A DNA stretch of 32,000 nucleotides from a virus (IMGVR_UViG_3300045988_175865:60001-92000); one strand, 5' to 3'; positions 23,906 to 31,226 are shown, numbered from the stretch's first letter. The notes: generated from the sequence alone by a model not told the origin. Numbers and translations are program-made.

Positions 23906-23948
23906 AAAACAAGTTGCAAATATAGCACTTAATTATTGAATATGCAAA

Positions 23949-24339
23949 TTATTTACAACTATGATAAACATGAAAAGGTCCACAATGAATTTTACCATTT
24001 ACAGAAGTTTCTCTTCTATAAATAATTTGAAAAACATTTGGATGATCCTTTATATAGTCTTCGACTTGCTGAACTGAAGAGAATGTTGCCAATATTTCCC
24101 ATTTGCCTTTGCTCCATGTTGACGTACATGAACTCACGCTATCCCGCAAAATCTTTATATTACTATAAAGCTTTATCCTTAAAAGACCGCTAGGTAGATC
24201 GACGCCTAATAAGTATTCACCTTCCTTTGCTCACTTTCTTAAGGACGTTAGGTTCCTAATTATACTCTTAAAAGTGGAAGAGTTTATTTAAAAAAAGATA
24301 AACGAGCTTATTTAGTTCATAATGATAGTATACTTCCAT
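23949..24339 (-). CDS. hypothetical protein needing a +1 shift (or an indel correction) near 24287-24296
   Basis: ORF track 23949..24149 has no ATG; its frame stays open 46 codons upstream (one TGA). The ATG at 24339 opens a 23-codon frame that is +1 relative to it across T7-AAA. Confidence 0.45.
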
Positions 24340-24453
24340 TATTTATCAGAATCTAGTATAAAGGGTCTACTGATTCTATATTTTGCTCTAATTATGGTAT
24401 ACCCTTTACTTATACTATAATGTTCATATCTTTGTATATAAGAAATGTGTAGT

Positions 24454-24489
24454 CAAAAATAGAGGAGGTACTATACTTCACTCCTCTAT
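24454..24489 (-). terminator. intrinsic terminator ending non-coding block E
   Basis: Minus sense ATAGAGGAG-TGAAGTATAGTAC-CTCCTCTAT followed by TTTTTGAC. Confidence 0.7.
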
Positions 24490-24904
24490 CTTACGATTTC
24501 CAGTTTTCGGCTCTTATTTATACTCGTTTAAGCCTACTTACATTAGATAAAACTAATCATAGTAAATCCAGACATTAATTTCTGGTAATCGTCAGGCACG
24601 ATTTCGAGTTTTAAAAACAAATATACCTACTATCATGATATTCCTCAGTTACATAATCCTATCATGAGGTGCCTCCACGATAAGTGACTAACTAAAGAGA
24701 ACTGAGAGTCTTTAAGTTAGTATTATTTCTCCTCCTCGGTATATTTGAAAATACACAACCATACTTAGTGCTATGAGCTTCCCAAAAACTACTCGCGCGT
24801 TTTCATTTAAGAGATTCTAAACTAAGTGATCCTACTCTATGGTAGATTAATTATGGCTGCTACTTAATAGCAGAATTTAACCCTTAGGTTTTATGTGTAT
24901 CTTT

Positions 24905-25189
24905 TTAAAGTATTGTATATACTACAATGATACTGTATTCATTTTCTACTTCTATGAAGTATAACTCTATTATTTCATCATCAAATTTAAATAGACAGTA
25001 GTCACCACTCTCTTCTGTTGGTATTCCCAAAAGGAGAGAGTAGATTTCCTTGAACCGTCGGAAAGACTCTTTCCCCAATTCTTTATCGGTATAAACACCA
25101 AAAGACCCAATAATACCACATATGTTAGAATTGCTCGAATTTGTATCATTATATAAAATGTTTATGTATGCTGGAAATAATTTGTCCAC
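24905..25189 (-). CDS. hypothetical protein, 94 aa, GTG start
   Basis: ORF track; no ATG at the 5' end; the start region lies inside a 20-bp direct repeat. Confidence 0.5.
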   Translation of the reverse strand: MDKLFPAYINILYNDTNSSNSNICGIIGSFGVYTDKELGKESFRRFKEIYSLLLGIPTEESGDYCLFKFDDEIIELYFIEVENEYSIIVVYTIL

Positions 25190-25443
25190 TCTCTTCTGTT
25201 GGTATAAATCAATAAAATCTTATCAAACGCTTACTCAAACTTTAAATTATTAATTTATAAATTATTAATTAAAGAGTAACTCGCTGAGTGTGAGAAGTTT
25301 ATTGATTATAATATGTGAAAATTGTTTCTGAATTTTTTAAAAAATAAAAGAATAGAGTGTGGTTTAGAGATTGATAATCAAGCACTTAGCATCATTTATA
25401 AAAATATTTAATAATATATATTAAAAATATTTATAAATAATAT

Positions 25444-25473
25444 TAAAAAAGAGACTGCCTCTGCTCAGTCTCT
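25444..25473 (-). terminator. intrinsic terminator
   Basis: Minus sense AGAGACTG-AGCAGAGG-CAGTCTCT followed by TTTTTTAATA. Confidence 0.7.
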
Positions 25474-25588
25474 ATCAATCATAGACAAAGGCACTTAATG
25501 TACAGAGGGAGGGCTCTGCTTCACAGCAGTGCAAATTCAATTATTAACTATTAACCCTTGTTAATTCTGTTTCAGAACAGTATTTAGT

Positions 25589-25618
25589 GTTTGTAGGGAA
25601 GTTTATTTTCCTACAAAC
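25589..25618. terminator. 9-bp hairpin downstream of 25626..25790
   Basis: GTTTGTAGG-GAAGTTTATTTTC-CCTACAAAC; no clear U tract. Confidence 0.4.
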
Positions 25619-25625
25619 AGAGTAG

Positions 25626-25790
25626 TTATTCAAGGAATGATGCTCCAGCAGCGATAGCATAAGATATTACAGTACTTACTACAGGTGAATATCCTAATAC
25701 TTCTGCACCACCGAATGCAAAAGCAGCGAGGAGAGTACCCCAGAAGATAGTACTAAATAGTCTTTCAGAAAAAGAACCTTTATTTTCCAT
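25626..25790 (-). CDS. small membrane protein, 54 aa
   Basis: Manual translation MENKGSFSERLFSTIFWGTLLAAFAFGGAEVLGYSPVVSTVISYAIAAGASFLE. Confidence 0.5.
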   Translation of the reverse strand: MENKGSFSERLFSTIFWGTLLAAFAFGGAEVLGYSPVVSTVISYAIAAGASFLE

Positions 25791-25976
25791 TTAGTTGAAT
25801 AACTTTTTGGATATAGAATTCGTTGTTTTTAGTTGCTTTGATTACGTAGAAAGCGAGTTTATTGTGTATTCAGCCTCTTCAGTTGTATACTACATAATCG
25901 CCGCAATTGGTAGTTAAGATGTTAAAAGGGAGTTTTCACTCCCCTTTAACAGTTAACTGGCCGTTACGAGCAGGTT

Positions 25977-26459
25977 TTAGGCTTTCCATACGAGGTTAGC
26001 CGTTTCCTTCTCGGTGGTGGTATCGAGAGGCAGCCCGTTGTCGAAGTCCCGTTGCTTGAACTTGACGGTTCCCTGAGCTACGATCGTCTTACCGAGGCAA
26101 GCTTCGAGGCGATCATAGTCGGTTTCGAGATTGCAGAGGTCAGCAGATACAGGATGAACGGGCTGCATATCTGCGTCACGACGGCGGAGGTTTGCCAACG
26201 AGAAGTTAGCCAGCTTGCCGTTCTTGAGGCCCATGACGAGCACTTCGACGTTCTTGGAGTCTTTCCGCACCTGACGGGTAGTGATTACGGCGTCTTCAAG
26301 AGTGTCAGGGAATTCAAAGACATCGCCATTGGAAAGGCCATAGCTGACGAGGCCGATACCAGTGCTCTTCAGAAAGTCTACTGCGACCTGCTTTACTTCG
26401 AGGCCGTTTCGAGTAGGAATAATAGGAAACTCTTCCTTCTTGAATTGATTAATCTTCAT
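25977..26459 (-). CDS. hypothetical protein, 160 aa, encoded in a GC-rich island
   Basis: ORF track; two 60-nt lines counted by hand give 57% and 53% GC against AT-rich flanks; no family recognised. Confidence 0.7.
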   Translation of the reverse strand: MKINQFKKEEFPIIPTRNGLEVKQVAVDFLKSTGIGLVSYGLSNGDVFEFPDTLEDAVITTRQVRKDSKNVEVLVMGLKNGKLANFSLANLRRRDADMQPVHPVSADLCNLETDYDRLEACLGKTIVAQGTVKFKQRDFDNGLPLDTTTEKETANLVWKA

Positions 26460-26515
26460 AGTATAAATATTTAATTAATTGTTATAAATCTCGACATTTG
26501 TTGTCGTAATAATTT

Positions 26516-26563
26516 GTTGGAAGCTTTTGTTTATGTTCTTCCTAGTTATTAGTTGGAAGCTTT
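26516..26563. repeat. direct repeat GTTGGAAGCTTT x2
   Basis: Copies at 26516-26527 and 26552-26563. Confidence 0.7.
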
Positions 26564-26638
26564 GGTAAATGTTAGTTGTTTTGGTTTACATTGATTTCAA
26601 ATAAAAACAGTTTGAGGGCAGTTCGAAGAACTGGGCTA

Positions 26639-26675
26639 TTAAGTATAGTTCTTTAAGTATAGGTATTAAGTATAG
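26639..26675. repeat. direct repeat TTAAGTATAG x3
   Basis: Copies at 26639, 26653 and 26666 (13-14 bp period). Confidence 0.75.
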
Positions 26676-26680
26676 TTAGG

Positions 26681-26759
26681 GTTTAAAAATGCAATTGATC
26701 GGTTTAAAAATACAACACCTTATAGTTTAAAAATACAATTGATTAGTTTAAAAATACAA
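26681..26759. repeat. iteron array GTTTAAAAATRCAA x4
   Basis: Copies start at 26681, 26702, 26725 and 26746 (21-23 bp period), upstream of the wHTH gene. Confidence 0.8.
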
Positions 26760-26819
26760 TCGTTATTAAATTTTATGGTAAAAAATTACCAATTATTTGC
26801 ACAATTAAAGTTAATTATG

Positions 26820-26827
26820 TATCTTTG
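26820..26827 (+). promoter_or_regulatory. Bacteroidota-type -7 box TATCTTTG
   Basis: Matches TAnnTTTG, 33 nt upstream of ATG 26860; a TTTG lies about 24 nt further upstream. Confidence 0.45.
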
Positions 26828-26859
26828 TGTTTAGATAATTAATTTAATATAAGAATAAG

Positions 26860-27621
26860 ATGAATCAGTATGTAATATTACCGAAAAAAGAGAATGGGGA
26901 GCTACTCCAAAAGTATGAGATTCTAATATATGTGTGTATACGTAGGTATATGAATAAGGATACTATGGAGGCATTTCCATCCTTAGATAGAATTGCTAAG
27001 GATTCTGGGTGTAGTAAGCCCACCGTTATAAAAACACTAAAAGAGATTAGAAGAAAAGGCTATATTACCTGGAAGTCTTGTGGTAGAGCTACGGTGTATA
27101 CTTTTAATAATGAGAAATCTTTTGAGCCGTTCAGTTATGAGTTTTTAGATAAGAAAGACTTATCTAAATCTGAGAAGCTTCAGATACTCTGTACCCAGCA
27201 ATATATGTATAAAGATAATGGTATCGGAAAGATGTCATTTTCAGATAGAGAGTTATGTGAAATGACAGGTCTTAATTGGAGAACTCTTAATAAAAACACA
27301 CAGTCATTAATACAAAAAAATTATGTAAATCAAGTTTCTCTTCAGATTCGTGATAAAGAATCAGGTTGTTTTAAAAAAGAAACTATTTATAATCTTAATG
27401 ATCTGGGTCAGGCTATTGTATTTGCATTTCAAAATCATGAAAATAGAATACAACGAAATGAGGATTCTATTGAAGAATTAAGAAATCAGGTTCAAAAACT
27501 TGAAGAGAGAGATCAGAAGAGATCAAAGGATGTTGAGTTGTTATTAAGTGAAGTAAGAAGACTTCAGAAGGAGAACAGTCAACTTAAGAACGGAGAAATT
27601 CCAGAAGTATTTGAGATGTAA
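26860..27621 (+). CDS. winged-helix DNA-binding protein with C-terminal coiled coil (candidate iteron-binding initiator or regulator)
   Basis: ORF track 253 aa; SLDRIAKDSGCSKPTVIKTLKEIRRKGYI HTH-like segment, a second HTH-like segment, heptad-rich tail; paralog of 30170..30952. Confidence 0.6.
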   Translation: MNQYVILPKKENGELLQKYEILIYVCIRRYMNKDTMEAFPSLDRIAKDSGCSKPTVIKTLKEIRRKGYITWKSCGRATVYTFNNEKSFEPFSYEFLDKKDLSKSEKLQILCTQQYMYKDNGIGKMSFSDRELCEMTGLNWRTLNKNTQSLIQKNYVNQVSLQIRDKESGCFKKETIYNLNDLGQAIVFAFQNHENRIQRNEDSIEELRNQVQKLEERDQKRSKDVELLLSEVRRLQKENSQLKNGEIPEVFEM

Positions 27622-27624
27622 ATA

Positions 27625-27651
27625 AAAGGAGTAGCCACAAACTACTCCTTT
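27625..27651. terminator. bidirectional terminator hairpin between convergent genes
   Basis: AAAGGAGTAG-CCACAAA-CTACTCCTTT, 10-bp stem. Confidence 0.6.
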
Positions 27652-27797
27652 ACTTGTTCCATATCTATTCCTGTTTCTTCTTTGATGTAGTTGGTTAGTA
27701 CATAAACAGGAATATTAGTGAATTGGATAGATCTCTGAGTATTCTCAAGAGCTTCCATCAGATGTTCGATCTTCTTGTTGAGTTCTTCTCGTGTCAT
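27642..27797 (-). CDS. small protein, 51 aa
   Basis: Manual translation MTREELNKKIEHLMEALENTQRSIQFTNIPVYVLTNYIKEETGIDMEQVKE. Confidence 0.5.
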   Translation of the reverse strand: MTREELNKKIEHLMEALENTQRSIQFTNIPVYVLTNYIKEETGIDMEQVKE

Positions 27798-27823
27798 AGC
27801 AGATAATAATAAGAAGGGAGATA

Positions 27824-28090
27824 TTACTCTCCCTTCATTTGTTTGATAGCTTCTCTGACGATATCTGTGATAATATCATCTTCCTTCAGAGATTTGCACT
27901 TCTTCCTAGGATAAACAACTCTGTGTCGTCTAACCTCTACTTGCATGTGAATCTCTGTAACCGTTTCGACCTCTACAAGGAGACCATTAACAACGATATA
28001 CACCATACTCGAAGAAATTTTCAAGGGCTCTGGAAACTCCACAGCCCAGATTTTGGGTACTAGAGATAGATGATTGAAAATGATATTCAT
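27824..28090 (-). CDS. hypothetical protein, 88 aa (start taken at internal ATG MNIIFNH...)
   Basis: ORF track 27824..28156; GAGGAAAATG context at 28090; overlaps the 3' end of 27987..28262 by 104 nt in another frame. Confidence 0.5.
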   Translation of the reverse strand: MNIIFNHLSLVPKIWAVEFPEPLKISSSMVYIVVNGLLVEVETVTEIHMQVEVRRHRVVYPRKKCKSLKEDDIITDIVREAIKQMKGE

Positions 28091-28262
28091 TTTCCTCAAA
28101 CTTAGGAACGTTACGTTTCTCTCGTAATTCCTTGAATGCTTGAGAGTTGGTAACACGACTTACAAGAATAGGATCTTTCTCTTCTAAGAAAGCTTGTAAT
28201 GCAAGAGCAGTCATATAGCAGAATTTTAAATTTAAATAAACTACTGTATCTTTGGTATCCAT
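27987..28262 (-). CDS. hypothetical protein, 91 aa
   Basis: ORF track; ATG start, TAA stop. Confidence 0.5.
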   Translation of the reverse strand: MDTKDTVVYLNLKFCYMTALALQAFLEEKDPILVSRVTNSQAFKELREKRNVPKFEENEYHFQSSISSTQNLGCGVSRALENFFEYGVYRC

Positions 28263-28274
28263 ATGGGAGTAAAA

Positions 28275-28424
28275 CTACTCCCCATCAATATATCTGACAA
28301 TCCTTCCAAGATACAAATAATTGTACACTATAAAAGGAATCCAGCATATAATTAATGGCAAGTAGTCCACCCCAACAACAAGAAACAAGATCACAAAGAT
28401 CTCACCAACGATGAGCTTTTTCAT
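28275..28424 (-). CDS. small membrane protein, 49 aa
   Basis: MKKLIVGEIFVILFLVVGVDYLPLIICWIPFIVYNYLYLGRIVRYIDGE; its ATG overlaps the TGA of the upstream ORF (ATGA). Confidence 0.45.
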   Translation of the reverse strand: MKKLIVGEIFVILFLVVGVDYLPLIICWIPFIVYNYLYLGRIVRYIDGE

Positions 28425-28591
28425 TGCATAATCTTAAATGAATAGATAGTTCCTTTGAAGATATGTTCTTGCTCATCAGTTTTAAATCCGATAAGGTTCT
28501 CCGTATCATAAATAGGAGAAATCTTACGAGTGTCTTTAATGGACACTGTAATTCTTTTACCCTCTACTAATAAATAAACACGAAGAGTCAT
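28421..28591 (-). CDS. hypothetical protein, 56 aa, apparent TGA stop
   Basis: ORF track, trimmed to the ATG at 28591. Confidence 0.5.
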   Translation of the reverse strand: MTLRVYLLVEGKRITVSIKDTRKISPIYDTENLIGFKTDEQEHIFKGTIYSFKIMQ

Positions 28592-28595
28592 AACA

Positions 28596-28691
28596 TTACC
28601 AGTCTGTGCTGTTTCTACGAACCCAAGCACCAGTGATAGTGCTGATCTTTGCTATAGCAATAACTGCTACGATAAGAATAATAACTTCCAT
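28596..28691 (-). CDS. small membrane protein, 31 aa
   Basis: MEVIILIVAVIAIAKISTITGAWVRRNSTDW. Confidence 0.35.
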   Translation of the reverse strand: MEVIILIVAVIAIAKISTITGAWVRRNSTDW

Positions 28692-28763
28692 AATAGTATA
28701 GAGTTAAAGTTAAACTTAACAACCTTTTGTAAGTTTTAGTTACCTATAAAAAGAGATAGAGGA

Positions 28764-29207
28764 TTACTCCTCTATCTCAATGAGGCTATACTCTTCACTA
28801 ACCCTCTTATAACCAGAAGATTTCTTGAGTATAACCATATCCCAACCCTGTTTCTTAAGGGCTAGTAATGCTAACTCGAAGGAAGGCAGACGTTGTACCT
28901 TCTTTTCAACCTTAACTCTGCTCTTAACGTCTTTCGTGTAAGTACGATATACTTCGGTTAGCAATGCAGGGTTAGGTGCACATTTTGACGTATTCCAGTA
29001 GCACTTCTGCTGAGCACGTTCTCCTTCAATAATAATCTGTTGCATTTCTGCAAGAATATTACGAACTTTCATGAGAACGTTGGCAGATGTGTTGCAATCT
29101 GCAGCAAGTTTATTGACATTTTTCTGGTCAATTTTAGCCTTGCTATAGTTACGGTAGATACCGTCAATGATAATGCCAATCTCAGGCATTGTGTAAATCT
29201 TAGCCAT
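28764..29207 (-). CDS. hypothetical protein, 147 aa
   Basis: ORF track. Confidence 0.6.
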   Translation of the reverse strand: MAKIYTMPEIGIIIDGIYRNYSKAKIDQKNVNKLAADCNTSANVLMKVRNILAEMQQIIIEGERAQQKCYWNTSKCAPNPALLTEVYRTYTKDVKSRVKVEKKVQRLPSFELALLALKKQGWDMVILKKSSGYKRVSEEYSLIEIEE

Positions 29208-29319
29208 GGATATATGAGTTAAGGTAAATAGATTGCAAAAAAAAACAACAGCCTAACTTATAAACCATCTACGCATCGGTAGGCCACACTGGTATAGTAC
29301 TGTTGTTAAATTAAAGATC

Positions 29320-29436
29320 CTATTTTTGAAACCAAGAATCAACGTAACTGTCCAATTGCTCTTCAGCAATATCTTCTTGATAACATATCTCATTCAGCTC
29401 CTCAGGAGTATAGTCAGTAATATCAAGGTTAATCAT
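29320..29436 (-). CDS. small acidic protein, 38 aa
   Basis: MINLDITDYTPEELNEICYQEDIAEEQLDSYVDSWFQK. Confidence 0.35.
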   Translation of the reverse strand: MINLDITDYTPEELNEICYQEDIAEEQLDSYVDSWFQK

Positions 29437-29506
29437 GACTCCACGTTTTTTGAAATTATCCTACAGATATGTTTAAAGCTTTGATTACTAGAGAATAAAG
29501 TTATCC

Positions 29507-29656
29507 CTACTTAGTAGGGATAATTGTAAGTGCTCCAGTAATCAGCAGCATGGTAGCTGCATATGAAAATGCTTCGTGATGAGAAACTGAGTAGAACAGT
29601 AAACCAATAGCTATTATGGCAGCAACAGCTATTAGAACATTAACGGTTCGTTTCAT
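29507..29656 (-). CDS. small membrane protein, 49 aa
   Basis: MKRTVNVLIAVAAIIAIGLLFYSVSHHEAFSYAATMLLITGALTIIPTK; its stop lies inside an 8-bp hairpin. Confidence 0.45.
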   Translation of the reverse strand: MKRTVNVLIAVAAIIAIGLLFYSVSHHEAFSYAATMLLITGALTIIPTK

Positions 29657-29971
29657 AGTAAACAGTGTTAAGGTTATGAAAAGGTTATATGCTTTGGTAA
29701 ATTTAATTCAATTTTTTATGGGAATTTTTGTCTTAAAATAAATCGTTTTCCCATTGGTGGTGGGAGGGGGCTAAAATACTATGTAACCGTATTTGTGCAT
29801 TATATACCCACATTTTATTTAGAGAATTGAAAATTTTTAGGAACCTATGAATTAGGTTCCATTTCGTTTAAAGGAGGGGGGGGGCTTTTAGTGCTCAGCC
29901 TTAAATCTAGTTCCATCCGAGCGCCTCCGCGAAGCGAGGATGCATATAGTATATAGATAGATATCAAATTA

Positions 29972-30064
29972 ACATCACTTATGTATTAACCTAACATCAG
30001 TATGTATCGTGTCAATGTATCAATCTGACATCGGTATGTATCAATCTGACATCACATGCTGTAT
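29972..30064. repeat. iteron array, core ACATCRNNTATGTAT, including an 18-nt perfect repeat
   Basis: Core copies at 29972, 29994, 30028 and 30049; ATGTATCAATCTGACATC at 30015-30032 and 30036-30053 (21-bp period). Confidence 0.8.
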
Positions 30065-30138
30065 TACAATATTAATAATTATTTATACAAATTATATAAA
30101 ATAATATACAAATATTTTGTATATTGTAATATTATTCA

Positions 30139-30146
30139 TATTTTTG
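30139..30146 (+). promoter_or_regulatory. Bacteroidota-type -7 box TATTTTTG
   Basis: Matches TAnnTTTG, 24 nt upstream of ATG 30170. Confidence 0.4.
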
Positions 30147-30169
30147 TACTATAATTAAAATAACTAATT

Positions 30170-30952
30170 ATGGAAGAGAAAAAAATATCAAAACAACATA
30201 TTCAAGTTCCACATAATCTAGGAGAAAGAAATGAGGAAATAAAAATAAAAATGAATCCAACAGATTATCTTGTATATGGTTATTTACGTAAATTTATGAA
30301 TAAAGATACTTATCAAACGCTTGTGTCTTTAAGAAAGTTAGCCAATTTAGTAGATGTATCTATTAACACTGTACAAGCTAGTATTAAAAAGTTAAAAGAA
30401 GCAGGAGAGATTAAGGTTTTGGAAGAAAAAAATGGTAGAAGTAATATATATGAAATACAGAAAGGCAGTAAATATTTTGAACGATTTACTTTTGAATTTT
30501 TAGATTTAGATGATAATATTCTTAAACCTGAAGATAAGGGAGTTCTGTTAGCGATGCAACAATATAGTGATACTTCTAGCGGAACATTTGCCATTAATAC
30601 TAGTTCTAATAGAGAGTTATCTAAAAAGTTACATATTGGGACTAGAGCCTTATCAAGTGTATTTCAGAGACTTGAAGATAGAGGCATTTTAACTACAAAA
30701 CCTCTTACTACCAGAGATTCTATCACAGGATTAAATAAAACTGCTAAATATATAGATTTATCTATTATTTGCCAAGCTATATTATTTATCAATAAAAAAG
30801 TAGATGAACAAGGTGAACAGATTAATGAGCATGATAAGAGGCTACATACTGTAGATAAAAATATTCTTAAAATGCAAGAAGAGATAAACAGACTAAAAGA
30901 AATTATTGAAAAGAGTAATTTAAAAGAGTCATCAGGCTTTAAATTTGAATAA
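30170..30952 (+). CDS. winged-helix DNA-binding protein with C-terminal coiled coil, paralog of 26860..27621
   Basis: ORF track 260 aa; same order of features (KFMNKDTYQTLVSLRKLANLVDVSINTV..., second HTH-like segment, coiled tail). Confidence 0.6.
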   Translation: MEEKKISKQHIQVPHNLGERNEEIKIKMNPTDYLVYGYLRKFMNKDTYQTLVSLRKLANLVDVSINTVQASIKKLKEAGEIKVLEEKNGRSNIYEIQKGSKYFERFTFEFLDLDDNILKPEDKGVLLAMQQYSDTSSGTFAINTSSNRELSKKLHIGTRALSSVFQRLEDRGILTTKPLTTRDSITGLNKTAKYIDLSIICQAILFINKKVDEQGEQINEHDKRLHTVDKNILKMQEEINRLKEIIEKSNLKESSGFKFE

Positions 30953-30956
30953 AAAT

Positions 30957-31166
30957 ATGGATCAACAGAAAAACTTACCATTTAGTTTTAATCCTATTAG
31001 TTTAGAAGGTATAGGAGACGATTACAGTATTATCATAGATACAGGTAGAGATCATTTAGATAGATTTAAAACAAGGGAAGAGGAGAGATTAGATGAGCTC
31101 TACGATAGAGTAGAGAAGTTAGAATATAGGATTGTAGAACTAGAAAACAGGTTAAGGAATAGATAA
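30957..31166 (+). CDS. small coiled-coil protein, 69 aa
   Basis: ORF track, trimmed to the ATG at 30957, just after the upstream stop. Confidence 0.55.
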   Translation: MDQQKNLPFSFNPISLEGIGDDYSIIIDTGRDHLDRFKTREEERLDELYDRVEKLEYRIVELENRLRNR

Positions 31167-31194
31167 GTTATTATTACTGAATAGTAGAATATTA

Positions 31195-31226
31195 TTTGTT
31201 TTTGTTAAAAAAAAATGTTATATTTG
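31195..31226 (+). promoter_or_regulatory. Bacteroidota-type promoter (TTTG then TATATTTG)
   Basis: -7 box TATATTTG at 31219-31226; TTTG at 31195-31198 and 31201-31204; ATG at 31252. Confidence 0.5.

Noticed and set aside
14552-24904. The ORF-free blocks as self-splicing group I introns
   Set aside because: The flanking ORFs have their own starts and stops and do not read as split exons of one protein. I could not find a P7/P3-P8 core or guanosine-binding-site signature, and several blocks end in intrinsic terminators. The one start-less ORF (23949..) is better explained by a +1 shift from a nearby ATG. A covariance-model scan was not possible, so this is not fully excluded.
25977-26459. The GC-rich 160-aa protein as SmpB, the tmRNA partner of similar size
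   Set aside because: The sequence shows none of the SmpB pattern that I can recall from E. coli SmpB, and it is not basic at the C-terminus.
26052-26474. Plus-strand ORF of 140 aa in the GC-rich island
   Set aside because: High GC keeps the antisense frame open by chance. The minus-strand ORF has a proper ATG, a TAA stop and a downstream hairpin.
26639-30064. The repeat arrays as CRISPR
   Set aside because: The repeats are 10-18 bp, AT-rich and spaced 13-23 bp apart with no spacer-sized unique inserts or cas genes. The geometry fits iterons or operators.
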